From the NCBI GenBank assembly GCA_965208735.1, contig CBDBPM010000002.1, positions 3,382,444 through 3,446,443 of the forward strand: a stretch of DNA of 64,000 bases, in the 5' to 3' direction. A program made the position numbers and the translations under genes. This stretch comes from Candidatus Poribacteria bacterium. Lineage in GTDB: Bacteria > Poribacteria > WGA-4E > WGA-3G. Positions 44,312-53,311 of the stretch are shown one piece after another. The stretch's first letter is position 1. Every line of letters begins with the position of its first letter. The notes under the pieces are model-generated. The model worked only from the letters and a program-made list of their open reading frames with translations, searched no databases and was not told the DNA's origin.

Positions 44312-46303
44312 TTACGGTGGTGAGGAGAAGTCCCAGAGGAGTATTGTGCCATCTGTCCTCCCGCTGGCGAGCGTTTTCCCATCCGGACTGAATGCCATGC
44401 TTGAGACACCACCTGTATGCCCCGTAAGGGTTTTAATGAGTTCACCCGTGTGGGTATTCCATACCCGAATTTCACCGCTCCAAGCTCCTCCGCTGGTATC
44501 ATACAAACTATGATACCAGTCGCCACTAACGATATAGTTTCCATCTGGACTGAATACCACGCTTGAGACCACATCTTTATGTCCTGTAAGGGTTTTGAGA
44601 AGTTCACCCGTTTGGGCACTCCATAAACAGATTTCCTCCCCGACACTCCAAACAGCTTTATAAGCTTGCCAATGTCCACTCACACTGGCAATTGTGCTTC
44701 CGTCTGGACTGAAAACCACACTATTGACTACGGACGTATGACCTATGAGGGTTTTTATGAGTTCACCAGTGTTGATATCCCATAGGCGAATTTCTTGGCC
44801 TACACACGTACCCGAATCCTCAGGCCCTCCCAGATATACTAACCTTCCACTGCCGCTGGCGATCGTGTTTCCATCTGGACTAAAAGCGACAGTGTTGACG
44901 TTTTCGATATGCCCTTTGAAAGTTTTGATGAGTTCACCGGTGTGAGTATTCCAGAGACGAATCGTTTTGTCCTCACTGCCGCTGGCGATCGTGTTTCCAT
45001 CCGGACTGAATACCACGCTCCTCACTGACGCTGTGTGTGCTATAAGTGTTTTGATGAGTTCACCGGTGTGGGTATTCCGGAGACGAATCGTTTTGTCCTC
45101 ACTGCCGCTGGCGATCGTGTTTCCATCCGGACTAAATACAACACTCCCCGCCGAATCGGTATGCCCTATAAAAGTCTTGAGGCGTTTGTTAGCGTGGACA
45201 TCCCATAGGTGGAGGTTGTTCCCTCTACTACCGGCGATCGTGTTTCCATTTGGACTGAATACAACACTTTCAATAGGAACTATGTCTCTTGTCATCGTTT
45301 TAAGAAGTTCGAGATTATGGGTGTCCCACACACGGATACCATCCGAGCTCCCACTTACGAATGTATTTCCATCTGGACTGAATACAACACTGACCGCGGG
45401 GACAGGCAGAACTTTGATGAGTTCATTGGTATCCGACACGCGGATCCCATCCGCAGCTGCACTGATAAATAATTTTCCATCCGGACTGAAAATCACACTG
45501 TTGACCGGCTCCGTATGTCCAGTGATGGTTTTGAGCAGTAAACCTGTGTGAGGATTCCAGAGGCGGATAGTTTCGTCACTACTTGCACTGGCGATTATGT
45601 TCCCGTCTGGACTAAAAGTCACACTGGTGAAACTTCCAAACGGCTCAGGTCTTCTGAACGTTTCGATGGGTTCACCGGTATCCACATCCCACAAGAGGAG
45701 GGTATTGTTGCTTGATCTGTCGCCTCCGCTGGCGAGCGTTTTCCCATCTGGACTAAAACACACACTCAGAGTACCATAGTTATTTCCTTCTAACACTTTG
45801 AGAAGTTCGCCTGTATGGGCATCCCGCAAGCAGATTCCGAAACCCGGGCCTTCCTCACTTGTATCGTCACCTCCGCTGGCGATAGTCTTTCCATCTGGAC
45901 TAAATGCGACACTCAATACCCGATTCGCATTGCGTGTGAATGTTTGAATGTGTTTGCCAGTGAGGACATCCCACAACCGAACGCTACCGTCATCGCTGCC
46001 ACTCACGATTGTCCTTCCATCTGGACTGAATGCGACACTACTGACAGGTCCCATATTTTCAGTAAGAAGTGCCACCTCTTGATACGTCGTCATATCATAG
46101 ACCCAAATGCCAGCACTTCCCGCTGCCGCTAAATGTATACCATTGGGTGAATACGCTATTTGTCTTATACTGCCTTTCCCAAGGCGGGCTTTGGCACCTT
46201 CTGGCAAACGCCAACGTGTACTGTCTTCGGCGAAGCCGTTTGGTTGAGAAAGTGTGAAAAGAAAAATGCACGTCAAGAATATTGAAGAGACGGTTTTCTT
46301 CAT
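44312..46303 (-). CDS. secreted WD40 repeat protein (about 14 blades)
   Basis: Signal peptide from ATG 46303 (MKKTVSSIFLTCIFLFTLSQPNGFA). Many units of the form FSPDGxTIASGSxDxTIRLWxxxTGELIKTLxGH. Confidence 0.9.
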   Translation of the reverse strand: MKKTVSSIFLTCIFLFTLSQPNGFAEDSTRWRLPEGAKARLGKGSIRQIAYSPNGIHLAAAGSAGIWVYDMTTYQEVALLTENMGPVSSVAFSPDGRTIVSGSDDGSVRLWDVLTGKHIQTFTRNANRVLSVAFSPDGKTIASGGDDTSEEGPGFGICLRDAHTGELLKVLEGNNYGTLSVCFSPDGKTLASGGDRSSNNTLLLWDVDTGEPIETFRRPEPFGSFTSVTFSPDGNIIASASSDETIRLWNPHTGLLLKTITGHTEPVNSVIFSPDGKLFISAAADGIRVSDTNELIKVLPVPAVSVVFSPDGNTFVSGSSDGIRVWDTHNLELLKTMTRDIVPIESVVFSPNGNTIAGSRGNNLHLWDVHANKRLKTFIGHTDSAGSVVFSPDGNTIASGSEDKTIRLRNTHTGELIKTLIAHTASVRSVVFSPDGNTIASGSEDKTIRLWNTHTGELIKTFKGHIENVNTVAFSPDGNTIASGSGRLVYLGGPEDSGTCVGQEIRLWDINTGELIKTLIGHTSVVNSVVFSPDGSTIASVSGHWQAYKAVWSVGEEICLWSAQTGELLKTLTGHKDVVSSVVFSPDGNYIVSGDWYHSLYDTSGGAWSGEIRVWNTHTGELIKTLTGHTGGVSSMAFSPDGKTLASGRTDGTILLWDFSSPP
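44923..45146 (-). repeat. near-identical 126-nt tandem repeats inside the WD40 gene
   Basis: 44923-45019 and 45049-45145 differ at about 5 of 97 positions. The period is 126 nt, i.e. 42 codons or one blade. Weaker copies flank them on both sides. Confidence 0.85.
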
Positions 46304-46399
46304 GGGATAAATCTCCAATAGGTACACCCAACAGCGTGGTTTCAAATTGCGTTTGTTTAAGCACGAAAATAATTAAGCCGTGCCTGCAGAAATTTGGCG

Positions 46400-47260
46400 T
46401 TATCCTTGATACGAATAAGCACCGTGCTGAATCCGGAGATCAAAATTGTCGTTTGGATCCCATGTCGGCATGTCGGATGGCACTTCGTAAGCAAACTGCT
46501 CCGTGTCCGATGGATAGGGATTCGTGCGGCGTTCGTGGAGTGCGCGTTGATAGAGCTTACACCGTTCTGTGAGGAATTCGTTTTGCCACCACTTGTACCG
46601 CTCATTCCACCGTGGTGTCCGTTGGTCGAAGTAGATGACGCGACGAAGTGTTTCACTTGTGTTGATTTTACTCCCGTGCAAGACTTTGGTATGATGGAGC
46701 AGAATGTCACCCGGTTCAACCTCTGCTGGCACTGCGTCTTCACGCTCAAAATTGACTTCGCCTCGCTCAATGACCTCCTGCGCCTCTTCTATTCCCCAGA
46801 GGTGACTCTTTGGGACGACCCAGACACATCCGTTATCAACGGTGGAATCATCAAGATATATGTCAACGTTGAAGATGGGGTGATTCTCGCGGATTGCGTT
46901 ACCGTCCCGATGCCATCTGACAGAGGAACCGTGTTTCGGCAGTTTGAAAACTAACGATTCATAACACGGAATAAAATCGGGTCCAATAATCCGGTGCAAT
47001 AAGTCACCTATAGACGGATGTCCAAGCAATCGCAGAGAGAATTCGTTTGGATGGGAGTGTAAATAGGTCAGGTAGTAAGGAATCCCTTCAGGTCCACGGT
47101 TACACCATTCATCTGCCGGTCCACCTGCCAAAATCTCGTCAATGAGTCGTTGGCTTTCGCTTTGCGTAACAGCGAGTTCATCGGGTTGGATAACGCCTTT
47201 CAGAATGAGGTAGCCGTTATCGTTGAAGAATTGGATTTCGTTGTCAGTAATTTTTCGCAT
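46400..47260 (-). CDS. phytanoyl-CoA dioxygenase (PhyH) family oxygenase
   Basis: FFNDNGYLILKGV and VRWHRDG (HxD), plus a distal LLHHTKVLHGS. Confidence 0.8.
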   Translation of the reverse strand: MRKITDNEIQFFNDNGYLILKGVIQPDELAVTQSESQRLIDEILAGGPADEWCNRGPEGIPYYLTYLHSHPNEFSLRLLGHPSIGDLLHRIIGPDFIPCYESLVFKLPKHGSSVRWHRDGNAIRENHPIFNVDIYLDDSTVDNGCVWVVPKSHLWGIEEAQEVIERGEVNFEREDAVPAEVEPGDILLHHTKVLHGSKINTSETLRRVIYFDQRTPRWNERYKWWQNEFLTERCKLYQRALHERRTNPYPSDTEQFAYEVPSDMPTWDPNDNFDLRIQHGAYSYQG

Positions 47261-47291
47261 AAGTCTTTTTCCTATTTCTGCCTAAACCGTG

Positions 47292-48122
47292 TCAGGCACT
47301 TGGAATTTTGTTCGTAGCAATCGCGGTGTGCCACGCTGAAACAAATTCTTGGACAGATGGGTATCGCAACTGTTTGTCCGTGTTTGTTGCTTTTTTCGCG
47401 ACGTACCACATGGCATCGTTTCCTTTCCAATTATCTCGTGAATTGCTGTTGTTAGCGAGGAATACGAAGGCTGTCCGCCCAAGCATAAAGACATTTGTCC
47501 GTTCGTCTATGCGTTCGCCTTTCTGAAATTCCTCCGGTGCCATAAAACGACTTGAACCGTACAACCGTCCGCGGTCGTTTATGAAGGTTCCCGGATGGTA
47601 GAGGTCGAAATCGAACAGACGTACCTGTTTTTTCTCAAAGTTGTAAATGATGCTGCCGTCGTAAAAGTCTTCAGCGATGAAACCTCTCTTTTCGATGAGG
47701 ATATGGACATCATAGATGACGTTGAGTGCGTCAATGATTTCAGCAGCTGGTAACGCACAAAATCTGTCGCGCGGGTGGATTTCATCAGCGCGGAGTTCCC
47801 TTTCCGGACGCAGCCCTTCGCCATCTATCCAGTCGTAGACCAATGTGAATCCATCGGGTGTGGTGAAAGTATTGTGCAATTGAGGAACTGCTTCGTGCTG
47901 AACAGTGGCATGAAACCGAACGGCTTGCTTGAGCCACGTGACATTTTGTGGCGTGTTACCGTGTTTGACGAACCAACGTTCGGAGTCTACTACTGTTTGG
48001 AATGAATGATCCCTTGCGTCGTGCACCGGAAACCGATACATGATTTCGCCGATCTGTTCCAAGTATACTTCAATATCTGTATCAATTTCTCCAACATCGA
48101 GAAGTGGGTGCTCGGTGGGCAT
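47292..48122 (-). CDS. protein kinase-like fold protein (atypical Ser/Thr kinase or small-molecule kinase)
   Basis: WFVKH (beta-3 Lys), FIAEDFYDGSIIYN (catalytic D...N), RLFDFDL (DFG-like) and SSRFMAPEE (APE). Confidence 0.55.
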   Translation of the reverse strand: MPTEHPLLDVGEIDTDIEVYLEQIGEIMYRFPVHDARDHSFQTVVDSERWFVKHGNTPQNVTWLKQAVRFHATVQHEAVPQLHNTFTTPDGFTLVYDWIDGEGLRPERELRADEIHPRDRFCALPAAEIIDALNVIYDVHILIEKRGFIAEDFYDGSIIYNFEKKQVRLFDFDLYHPGTFINDRGRLYGSSRFMAPEEFQKGERIDERTNVFMLGRTAFVFLANNSNSRDNWKGNDAMWYVAKKATNTDKQLRYPSVQEFVSAWHTAIATNKIPSA

Positions 48123-48281
48123 TTCTTATGTCCTCATCGGACGCGACAAGCTATTGCCTAACCGTGTCGCGTCGGTTTTGTGAGTTGAAATAATAGCATA
48201 AACCAAAACGGAAAAAAAGTCACGTTTTTCTTTGTCGTCCCATTCAAAAGCGTTTTCAGCTGTGTTAACCTTCTTGAGATG

Positions 48282-50348
48282 TTACAGATAAGGAGTTAAA
48301 TCCCAGAGAAGGATGGATCCATCAAAACTTGCACTTGCCAAAAGTTCATTGTTTGGCGAAAAAGCGAGCCCTTGGATATCCGTTGGATGTCCCAAAAATG
48401 TGGCGATCTGCTTGCCTGTTTCAGCCTCCCACAAATGGATAGGTACCTTCTTAAAACCTTGCTGCCACCATATACCACCAGCCAAGTACTTTCCACATTG
48501 TGAAAATGCTAACGCCATCATATTTTCATAATGCTTTGGTAGAGGTATTCGCTTGTGGATTTGACCTTGTTTTATGTCCCATAACAGGATTTCTGGTTGT
48601 CTTAATTCTCCACCACATGCTAAATATGAACCGCATGGCGAAAAAACAAATTTTAAATATCTCCCATCTGATAGTGGTGTTTCTACACTTTGTATGACTG
48701 CAGACACTTCACGACGGCTAACATCCCATAACATGTGATCTGCTCCTTCCTCTCCGCCGCAAGCCACATACAAACCGCAGGGAGAAAACCCTCCGACATT
48801 CCCAACCTTATCCCTTGGAAATTCATGGATCTCTTCGGCCTGTTCGATATCCCATAGTCGCGCAGACTTACCACAAAATTCTTGACTTAGAAGAAATCTA
48901 CCGTCTGGACTAAATTCCAATAGTGTAATTCGGGATTGGTCATGAGGTAGGTCTTTGAGTTGGTGTTTAAGTTTACATTGTTCATGCCCACTTTGTGCAT
49001 TCCATACTACGATTGTTCCTTCCTCATCAGCACACGCGAGAAGGTTTGCTGCGGGTGTAAATGCCTGCTGCACCCATGCTTTGCCGTGCCCCGTCAATTC
49101 AGCAATTGGCGACTCAATATTTTCAAGGTTCAGAAGTGTGACGGTTCCTTCGTTAATGCTAACAATATAACTATCACCATTGGAAAATGTGAATAGGTGT
49201 TGTCTTCCTCCGGTTCGTCGTGGACGCTTGCTTTCAATATCCCATAAGAATGCCTCGCTATATACTTTTGATTCCGCCGCTAACGTTTTGCTATCGCCCG
49301 AAAATGCTATTGAATTTGGGTAATAAGTAGGCTGATAGTCAGATTCTTGCGTATGTGAGTTTCCAGAGAACCATACTTTGATGCCGCCATCTCCGGATTC
49401 GTGTGCCAATCGTGATCCGTTTGAAAAACGGACTGTCCCCCATATTCCTCCAATGTCTTCTATAGTAGAGTACAGTTTCTCATCACTTTCCAAATCCCAT
49501 ACAGTAATGATACTTTCACGAAACCTTTCAATATAGGAAATTGCTGTTGCACGCAGAACACCTTCCGGTGAGTAAGATGGATTCATGTTCGCCTCACCAA
49601 AATCAGTGTATATCTGAATCTGTTGCCAGTTAACCATGTCCCAGACGCGGACTGTGCCATCGTTTTCTCCACCGGAGGCGAGAAATCTACCACACGGCGA
49701 AAAGCAGAGGCGATAGATAGAACCCGTGTGTCCTGTGAGGCAAGCAACTTGTTCACCGCTTTCTACATTCCATACGATTATAGATTCAGCATCGCTACCT
49801 GCCTCGTCGCGACCTGTAGATACAAGCAGATGCGTATTGGGCGAAAAGGCGATCGGCATGAAGCGACCGCCTTTTTCAGATTCACAACTAAATTTTTCAA
49901 GAGGTTCCCCCGTTTCAGGGTCCCAGAGGTTGACAGTACCAGTAGCACTATCGCTTGTAGCGAACCGTTGACTGTTAGGCGAAAAGGTGAGATGACTCAA
50001 TTCTGTTTTTATCTGCGTCACGCGTAGACCTTGTTGGATGTCCCACACCTCTATGAGGTTCTCCCAGTCGATGGTAGCGATCCATTTTCCATTAGGCGAA
50101 AAAGTGGCTCCAAATACGCCTCGTTCCGCACCCCATAATGTGACAGGCGACATTGTCTCTACTTCATACCACCAGAGCCCAACCTTTGTTCCCATAGCAA
50201 GATAATGTCCATCCGGGGAAAATGCCAGAGCCTCCACGAGACCTTGTCCCAATCGTGCAACCGCACCTTCGGGGAGTGCCCAAGTCGTTACATCATCTCC
50301 ACCGGTGCCGATTGGCGCAGGGGTTACTAATTTTTTCGCTTCCATCAA
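48282..50348 (-). CDS. WD40 repeat protein (about 14 blades), no obvious signal peptide
   Basis: N-terminal DVTTWALPEGAVARLGQG. FSPxG/WD-type blades throughout. C-terminal SFDGSILLWDLTPYL. Confidence 0.85.
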   Translation of the reverse strand: MMEAKKLVTPAPIGTGGDDVTTWALPEGAVARLGQGLVEALAFSPDGHYLAMGTKVGLWWYEVETMSPVTLWGAERGVFGATFSPNGKWIATIDWENLIEVWDIQQGLRVTQIKTELSHLTFSPNSQRFATSDSATGTVNLWDPETGEPLEKFSCESEKGGRFMPIAFSPNTHLLVSTGRDEAGSDAESIIVWNVESGEQVACLTGHTGSIYRLCFSPCGRFLASGGENDGTVRVWDMVNWQQIQIYTDFGEANMNPSYSPEGVLRATAISYIERFRESIITVWDLESDEKLYSTIEDIGGIWGTVRFSNGSRLAHESGDGGIKVWFSGNSHTQESDYQPTYYPNSIAFSGDSKTLAAESKVYSEAFLWDIESKRPRRTGGRQHLFTFSNGDSYIVSINEGTVTLLNLENIESPIAELTGHGKAWVQQAFTPAANLLACADEEGTIVVWNAQSGHEQCKLKHQLKDLPHDQSRITLLEFSPDGRFLLSQEFCGKSARLWDIEQAEEIHEFPRDKVGNVGGFSPCGLYVACGGEEGADHMLWDVSRREVSAVIQSVETPLSDGRYLKFVFSPCGSYLACGGELRQPEILLWDIKQGQIHKRIPLPKHYENMMALAFSQCGKYLAGGIWWQQGFKKVPIHLWEAETGKQIATFLGHPTDIQGLAFSPNNELLASASFDGSILLWDLTPYL

Positions 50349-50364
50349 AATATCTCCGTGTGTG

Positions 50365-52362
50365 CTACAGATAAGGTTTCAAGTCCCAGAGATAGATCGC
50401 CCCGTCGTGTCCGCCACTGACTAATAAGGTGTTATCCGCCGAAAATGCGAAACACTGAACATCGGTAGTGTGTCCCTTGAAGGTGGCGATGTTCTTACCC
50501 GTTGCGACCTCCCATAAGCAGATAGCGGTCTTTTTTTTCCCTATTCCACTTTTCCACCAAGCACCAGCAGCCAAATATTGACTGCATGGCGAAAAGCACA
50601 ATGTAACTGACCTCTGATTTTCTTCTGATTGTGGGATTGTCATGAGTGTTTTGCCATCTGTTGCATCCCACAAGACAATCTCGTGCCACAGTCCACCAGC
50701 GATGATATTACCGTCTGGTGAAAATGCTATCCCAGTGTCGGATTCACGATATGCTCTGCGTCTTGGTGCCGGTGTCAAAGGGAGCTCAGCAATCTGTTTT
50801 CCCGTGTCAATGTCCCACAAACCGGCTTTCCAATCCCGTGACCTTGACATACTTGCGAGTCGTTTTCCATCAGGACTAAACGCCAGCCCAGTCGGGCTAA
50901 ACCGCAACCCGTAAATAAATTCCGCATCGTTGATGATCGTGGTGTGCTTTTTCCAACTTTCGCTTTCCGTCATATCACCTACGGTTGATGTACGTTCCCA
51001 GATATGTATGTTGTCGTTCTTATCTACGCTTGCGATCCGGTGTCCTGTGGATGAGAAGGCTTTAGCGCGTCCTAAACCTGTTTCCAATGGCGGGAGTTCA
51101 ACAATAGATTCACTCTTGCCTACTTCCGATATCTTTAAATTATCTCCATATTGGTTGAGGGAAATAATTTTCCCATCATCTGAGCGATAAACAACATGTG
51201 AAGTCGCGGGCAGTTTCTCGCCGTGTGGTCGGTACGCACGTCTGCTCGCAAGATCCCACAAGAGGATATTGTCGCGCCAAAGTCCGGCAGCAAGCGTCTT
51301 TTCGTCCTCTGAAAAGGCTAACGTATCCATCGTAGGAATATGTCCATGAAGGGTTGAAAGGGTATGGGATTCGGCGTTATGACCTTTCGTCCAAATTTTG
51401 ATTTCACTTCCGCAGGAGACTGCCAATTGTGTTCCATTGGCAGAGAAACGAACCGTCCTCCTATTCCCACGGCATTCAAATTCATCCAGTTTCTCACCTT
51501 TTTCTAAATGCTGGATCTCAATCTTGGAGTGAGATGGAAAAACTACTGCGGCAATCAATCCGCCCTCCGGCGGATAATATGGATGTGTCTGAGCATCCTG
51601 ATCTTCGATATAAGTTTCCTCAAGGCTTCCGCTTTCCACGTCCCATACCTGAATTCTACCCTCTGAACCACCGGCGGCAAGGAATCTTCCACACGGTGAA
51701 AAGCAGAGTCTCCCCCACCGCTCCGACCAGTCAAACCGAGCGATTTGTTCACCTGTTTCCACACACCACACGGCGATGAATTCAGCCGTAGGATGGTTAT
51801 TTCTATCATAACTTGTACCTGCCAACAGCCTTAAATCTGGAGAGAAGCATATAGGATAGACATCATAGGTGGATGGGATCTCAACTTCGCTGAGTAACGT
51901 TCCGGTGCGCGGGCACCAAGATAGAATCTTCTTCGTTTTAAGTTGGGGGCCACTAAATACAACGAGACGTTCTCCATGCTCGGAAAAAACAGGTTTGGCA
52001 ACGTCGGTCCTACCGTGATCATCTACTTCGACGGTACAAACACCGCGTTCAATATCCCATATCTTTAGATTCCCAACAAAAGTGTGTGTGGCAATCCGGC
52101 GATTATCAGGTGAAAATGTGACAGAGTCAGTCATTCCACGTTCCGTGTCCGAGAGTGCAATTGGAGATAATGTGGGGAGTTTGTACAACCAGAGTCCAAT
52201 CGCTGTACTCACTGCGAAATGCTGTCCATCTCGTGAGAATGCCATATCCCCAACACTGCCACGCCCCAATCGAGCAATCGCGCCTTCAGGAAGTGCCCAA
52301 GTTGTCACATCTTCGCCGTTTATACTGCGCAGCGCGGCAGCAGTAGAATTTTTATTTTCCAT
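50365..52362 (-). CDS. WD40 repeat protein (about 14 blades), no obvious signal peptide
   Basis: N-terminal DVTTWALPEGAIARLGRG and C-terminal GHDGAIYLWDLKPYL. Lies 16 nt upstream of its paralog. Confidence 0.85.
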   Translation of the reverse strand: MENKNSTAAALRSINGEDVTTWALPEGAIARLGRGSVGDMAFSRDGQHFAVSTAIGLWLYKLPTLSPIALSDTERGMTDSVTFSPDNRRIATHTFVGNLKIWDIERGVCTVEVDDHGRTDVAKPVFSEHGERLVVFSGPQLKTKKILSWCPRTGTLLSEVEIPSTYDVYPICFSPDLRLLAGTSYDRNNHPTAEFIAVWCVETGEQIARFDWSERWGRLCFSPCGRFLAAGGSEGRIQVWDVESGSLEETYIEDQDAQTHPYYPPEGGLIAAVVFPSHSKIEIQHLEKGEKLDEFECRGNRRTVRFSANGTQLAVSCGSEIKIWTKGHNAESHTLSTLHGHIPTMDTLAFSEDEKTLAAGLWRDNILLWDLASRRAYRPHGEKLPATSHVVYRSDDGKIISLNQYGDNLKISEVGKSESIVELPPLETGLGRAKAFSSTGHRIASVDKNDNIHIWERTSTVGDMTESESWKKHTTIINDAEFIYGLRFSPTGLAFSPDGKRLASMSRSRDWKAGLWDIDTGKQIAELPLTPAPRRRAYRESDTGIAFSPDGNIIAGGLWHEIVLWDATDGKTLMTIPQSEENQRSVTLCFSPCSQYLAAGAWWKSGIGKKKTAICLWEVATGKNIATFKGHTTDVQCFAFSADNTLLVSGGHDGAIYLWDLKPYL

Positions 52363-52481
52363 GAAAATCTCCTACGGAATGCCCGCAGCCCATAGTTCGC
52401 GAGCAAGATTTGTTCATGTGATTTGGAAAGAAGGTTATGTGCAAAACTGTTGATGGGAAAAACAAGATAAGAAGAAACTGC

Positions 52482-52510
52482 TTGCAAGCTTTACTGAAAT
52501 AGTATATCAT
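52482..52510 (+). promoter_or_regulatory. sigma70-type promoter candidate for the HIT gene
   Basis: TTGCAA (52482-87), 17 nt spacer, TATCAT (52505-10). About 100 nt upstream of ATG 52610. Confidence 0.4.
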
Positions 52511-52609
52511 AGATGTATCAAAAATTTAATCTTTTTCAAGAAAACAGATAATTTGTCTGTATATAATATTATATAATATGATGTGCTATTGTAAATAGGA
52601 AACCCTTCC

Positions 52610-53104
52610 ATGCGACACAACCTCTTCGTCCCTAACAAAATGCCTTATGCCAAAGGAAAAAACCGTCCGGATGTCCCGTGTATCCTGTGTGCAATCGTCG
52701 AAAAAAATGATAAAGTCGAACGACTTGAAGTCTATCGAACCGAACGTTTTACGATCTCGCTTAATCTCTATCCTTACAGTCCGGGGCACCTCTTAGTCTT
52801 TCCAAATCGGCATATTGTTGATGTACGGGAGTTGAATCAGGAAGAGGTTCAAGAACTTCACGAACTCCAATGTCTCTGTTTTGAGGCGTTGACGAGTGCC
52901 TATCAGCCACGCGGCTACAACGTCGGTTATAATATGGGTGATGCCTCTGGTGCGAGCATCCCGCATTATCATCTGCATGTTGTCCCTCGATACCCGCGTG
53001 AATTGGGGTTCATGGACGTTATCGGTGGCGCGCGCATCATCATTGAGGACCCGAACGCTACGCAAGAGAAGCTTGTACAGATATTTCAGGAATTGACAGT
53101 ATAG
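52610..53104 (+). CDS. HIT family nucleotide hydrolase/transferase
   Basis: Histidine triad IPHYHLHVVPR. Confidence 0.9.
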   Translation: MRHNLFVPNKMPYAKGKNRPDVPCILCAIVEKNDKVERLEVYRTERFTISLNLYPYSPGHLLVFPNRHIVDVRELNQEEVQELHELQCLCFEALTSAYQPRGYNVGYNMGDASGASIPHYHLHVVPRYPRELGFMDVIGGARIIIEDPNATQEKLVQIFQELTV

Positions 53105-53290
53105 TTATCAGTTATCAGTTACTAGTTGTCAGTTAAAGAAGAGCGGTTTGTAACGAACTACCCTTTCTTGATATATCCCAACACAGGATAGATTGTTACA
53201 GGAAACCTCTTAACTGAAAACCTTGACCAACAACTCGCGCCTTAGCAAAATTATCTGTAGACGAGTTGTTGGTCAAAACTGAAAACCATT
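53103..53290. repeat. intergenic palindromic element, copy E (with an extra perfect 15-bp hairpin)
   Basis: TAGTTATCAGTTATCAGTTACTAGTTGTCAGTTAAAG...CCTCTTAACTGAAAACC. TTGACCAACAACTCG (53223-37) pairs with CGAGTTGTTGGTCAA (53262-76). Ends AAACTGAAAACCAT. Confidence 0.75.
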
Positions 53291-53311
53291 CACGAAAGGA
53301 AGGAAAGCAGC

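Noticed and set aside
44860-45290. Regularly spaced near-identical repeats could be mistaken for a CRISPR array.
   Set aside because: The period is 126 nt, exactly 42 codons. The repeats lie in frame inside a long WD40 ORF. The conserved part (about 95 nt) is longer than the variable part, which is the opposite of repeat/spacer geometry.
44745-46257. Long plus-strand ORFs antisense to the WD40 gene, e.g. 44967-45551 (194 aa) and 45815-46132 (105 aa).
   Set aside because: Their repetitive peptide sequence (LPLAIVFPSGLNTTL...) merely mirrors the WD40 repeat on the opposite strand. They have no RBS and no independent motifs.
48138-48180. A 9-bp GC-rich hairpin (GACGCGACA...TGTCGCGTC) followed by TTTTG looks like an intrinsic terminator on the plus strand.
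   Set aside because: No plus-strand gene ends here. On the minus strand it lies in the 5' UTR of the kinase-like gene without a U-tract. Function is undetermined, so it is not called as a terminator.
50531-50538. A T8 (coding-strand A8) homopolymer inside the 665-aa WD40 gene as a possible phase-variation tract.
   Set aside because: The tract is short and encodes an ordinary KKK. It is a single occurrence with no evidence of length heterogeneity from one sequence.
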